Positions 30,975 through 32,000 of a DNA stretch of 32,000 bases are shown here, piece after piece (position 1 is the first letter of the stretch; every line of letters starts with the position of its first letter). Below the pieces are notes generated by a model. That model did not search any database. It saw nothing but the letters and a program-made list of their open reading frames with translations, and had not been told where the DNA came from. Source of the stretch: Raphidiopsis brookii D9. GTDB lineage: Bacteria > Cyanobacteriota > Cyanobacteriia > Cyanobacteriales > Nostocaceae. The translations under genes and the position numbers were made by a program. The stretch lies in assembly GCA_000175855.1 (NCBI GenBank), contig ACYB01000011.1, positions 30,001 through 62,000 of the forward strand, read 5' to 3'.

Positions 30975-31577
30975 CTAATCAGTAATCGCATTCATTAAAA
31001 CTTCTGTTAAACTCATTTCTTCCAAGTCATCTAAAGTCACAGTATCGCAAATATCAAATTTAGCTCCTACACTTTGCAACTGGTCATCGAGAGCTTTGAG
31101 GAATTTTGTAGCTTGCGGATCTGTACCTACTTGAATTAGAGAAATTGCTAATTCCTCATCTTTATCTATTTTGCGAGAGGCGTTAATAACTACTTCAAAA
31201 ACCGCTTTCCGATCATCCGGTTCCCCATCAGTAATCACCACAATGGTTTCACCATTCGGTTTGGCTTGACCAGATGCTTTACGTTGAAAATAGTGATTAG
31301 TAGCATCCAAAAGCACTCCAGCTAAATTGGTTGTACCCACAGGATCATTTTCTTGAAATATCTGACCAACCTTTGCTGCTGTCACATTTTCGTATCGTTT
31401 AAATCTACCAGAAAATACGTAAACAGTAATACCATCTGGGTCAAATTGCTCACACTTTCTGGCTAGGGCTATGGTAGATTCTTGGGCTATTTCCCATCTG
31501 GTTCTTCCACCCCGTTGATCCGGAGTTGACATGCTCCCACTTTTATCAATGATTAGTGTATAGTCGCGATCGCTCAT
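30975..31577 (-). CDS. von Willebrand factor type A (VWA) domain protein
   Basis: DYTLIIDKSGSMSTPD (MIDAS DxSGS), VGTTNLAGVLLDA, VVITDGEPDD. Confidence 0.9.
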   Translation of the reverse strand: MSDRDYTLIIDKSGSMSTPDQRGGRTRWEIAQESTIALARKCEQFDPDGITVYVFSGRFKRYENVTAAKVGQIFQENDPVGTTNLAGVLLDATNHYFQRKASGQAKPNGETIVVITDGEPDDRKAVFEVVINASRKIDKDEELAISLIQVGTDPQATKFLKALDDQLQSVGAKFDICDTVTLDDLEEMSLTEVLMNAITD

Positions 31578-31659
31578 CATATTTCACTCTAAATATTAAT
31601 TTATTCTTATTTTATCTTTTACCTGGCATTTTTGCGCAAGTTCCCCCAGTTAGAAAAAT

Positions 31660-31770
31660 ATGCTCTCTCCCAATATGGCGACTACCTATTTACCACCCAT
31701 GGGGGAGAGAATTAGTATGGAGGAGGTAATTAGTCCCACTGGGCGCACTATTACCCTAATTCGTAGTTAG
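31660..31770 (+). other. Short ORF or gene remnant, 36 aa
   Basis: ATG-stop frame MLSPNMATTYLPPMGERISMEEVISPTGRTITLIRS in the intergenic gap; overlaps an 8-bp inverted repeat (TCTCTCCC 31664-31671 / GGGAGAGA 31703-31710). Confidence 0.2.
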
Positions 31771-31867
31771 AAAAGTGCCAAACCCTCAGTAATCCTGATC
31801 TGAGGAGATTAGACACTTCCAAATCAATATTAATGTTAATTTATCTAATTTGGTTATTAACTAATCC

Positions 31868-32000
31868 ATGTTTGCTGCTTCCCATCAATTATTATGGTCT
31901 ATGATTGGCTTGCTGTTGACCATTGGCGGCACCTTTTTAGAAGCATACGGTACCACCCTACCCTGGAGTTGGAGTCAACAGGGAATTAAAACCTTCCCCT
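31868..32000 (+). CDS. bioY: Biotin transporter BioY, N-terminal fragment truncated by window edge
   Basis: MFAASHQLLWSMIGLLLTIGGTFLEAYGTTLPWSWSQQGIKTFP resembles the N-terminus of cyanobacterial BioY proteins. Confidence 0.65.
   Translation, partial: MFAASHQLLWSMIGLLLTIGGTFLEAYGTTLPWSWSQQGIKTFP

Noticed and set aside
1-32000. CRISPR arrays, toxin-antitoxin or restriction/defence islands
   Set aside because: No regularly spaced repeats beyond the intragenic 54-bp unit, and no recognisable nuclease, methylase, antitoxin or Cas protein among the translated ORFs.

Overview
The window is chromosomal DNA from a filamentous, Nostocales-type cyanobacterium; this assignment is inferred from gene content, HIP1 octamers and protein similarity. 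It is mostly core metabolic and housekeeping genes. No CRISPR array, rRNA, tRNA, insertion sequence or prophage module was recognised. Main content, left to right: miaB 3' part (-); secreted-type FAD oxidoreductase (+, frameshifted); coiled-coil/TPR membrane protein with a 54-bp tandem repeat (-); clpS and a DUF2103 gene (+); DUF29 and moaE (-); REC-PAS-HK-REC hybrid kinase (+); pyrR, cobD and an Rrf2 regulator (-); cyAbrB-type regulator (+, frameshifted); ClC/CBS channel (-); Zn-ribbon/TM small protein and a large membrane protein (+, the latter frameshifted); serine-recombinase-like protein lacking the usual catalytic residues (-); nrtABCD (+); ExoD-like, uppP and TIGR03279 radical SAM genes (+); ArsA/HSP20-like ATPase, DUF2358, ABC ATPase, ABC permease (frameshifted) and VWA protein (-); bioY 5' end (+). 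The observations most worth a second look are (1) the serine recombinase homologue with apparently lost active-site residues, (2) four single-base apparent frameshifts in otherwise conserved genes, which could be sequencing error or decay, (3) two intergenic regions with clustered perfect hairpins, and (4) the in-frame 18-aa repeat in the TPR protein. I found no convincing evidence of a wholly new multigene system.
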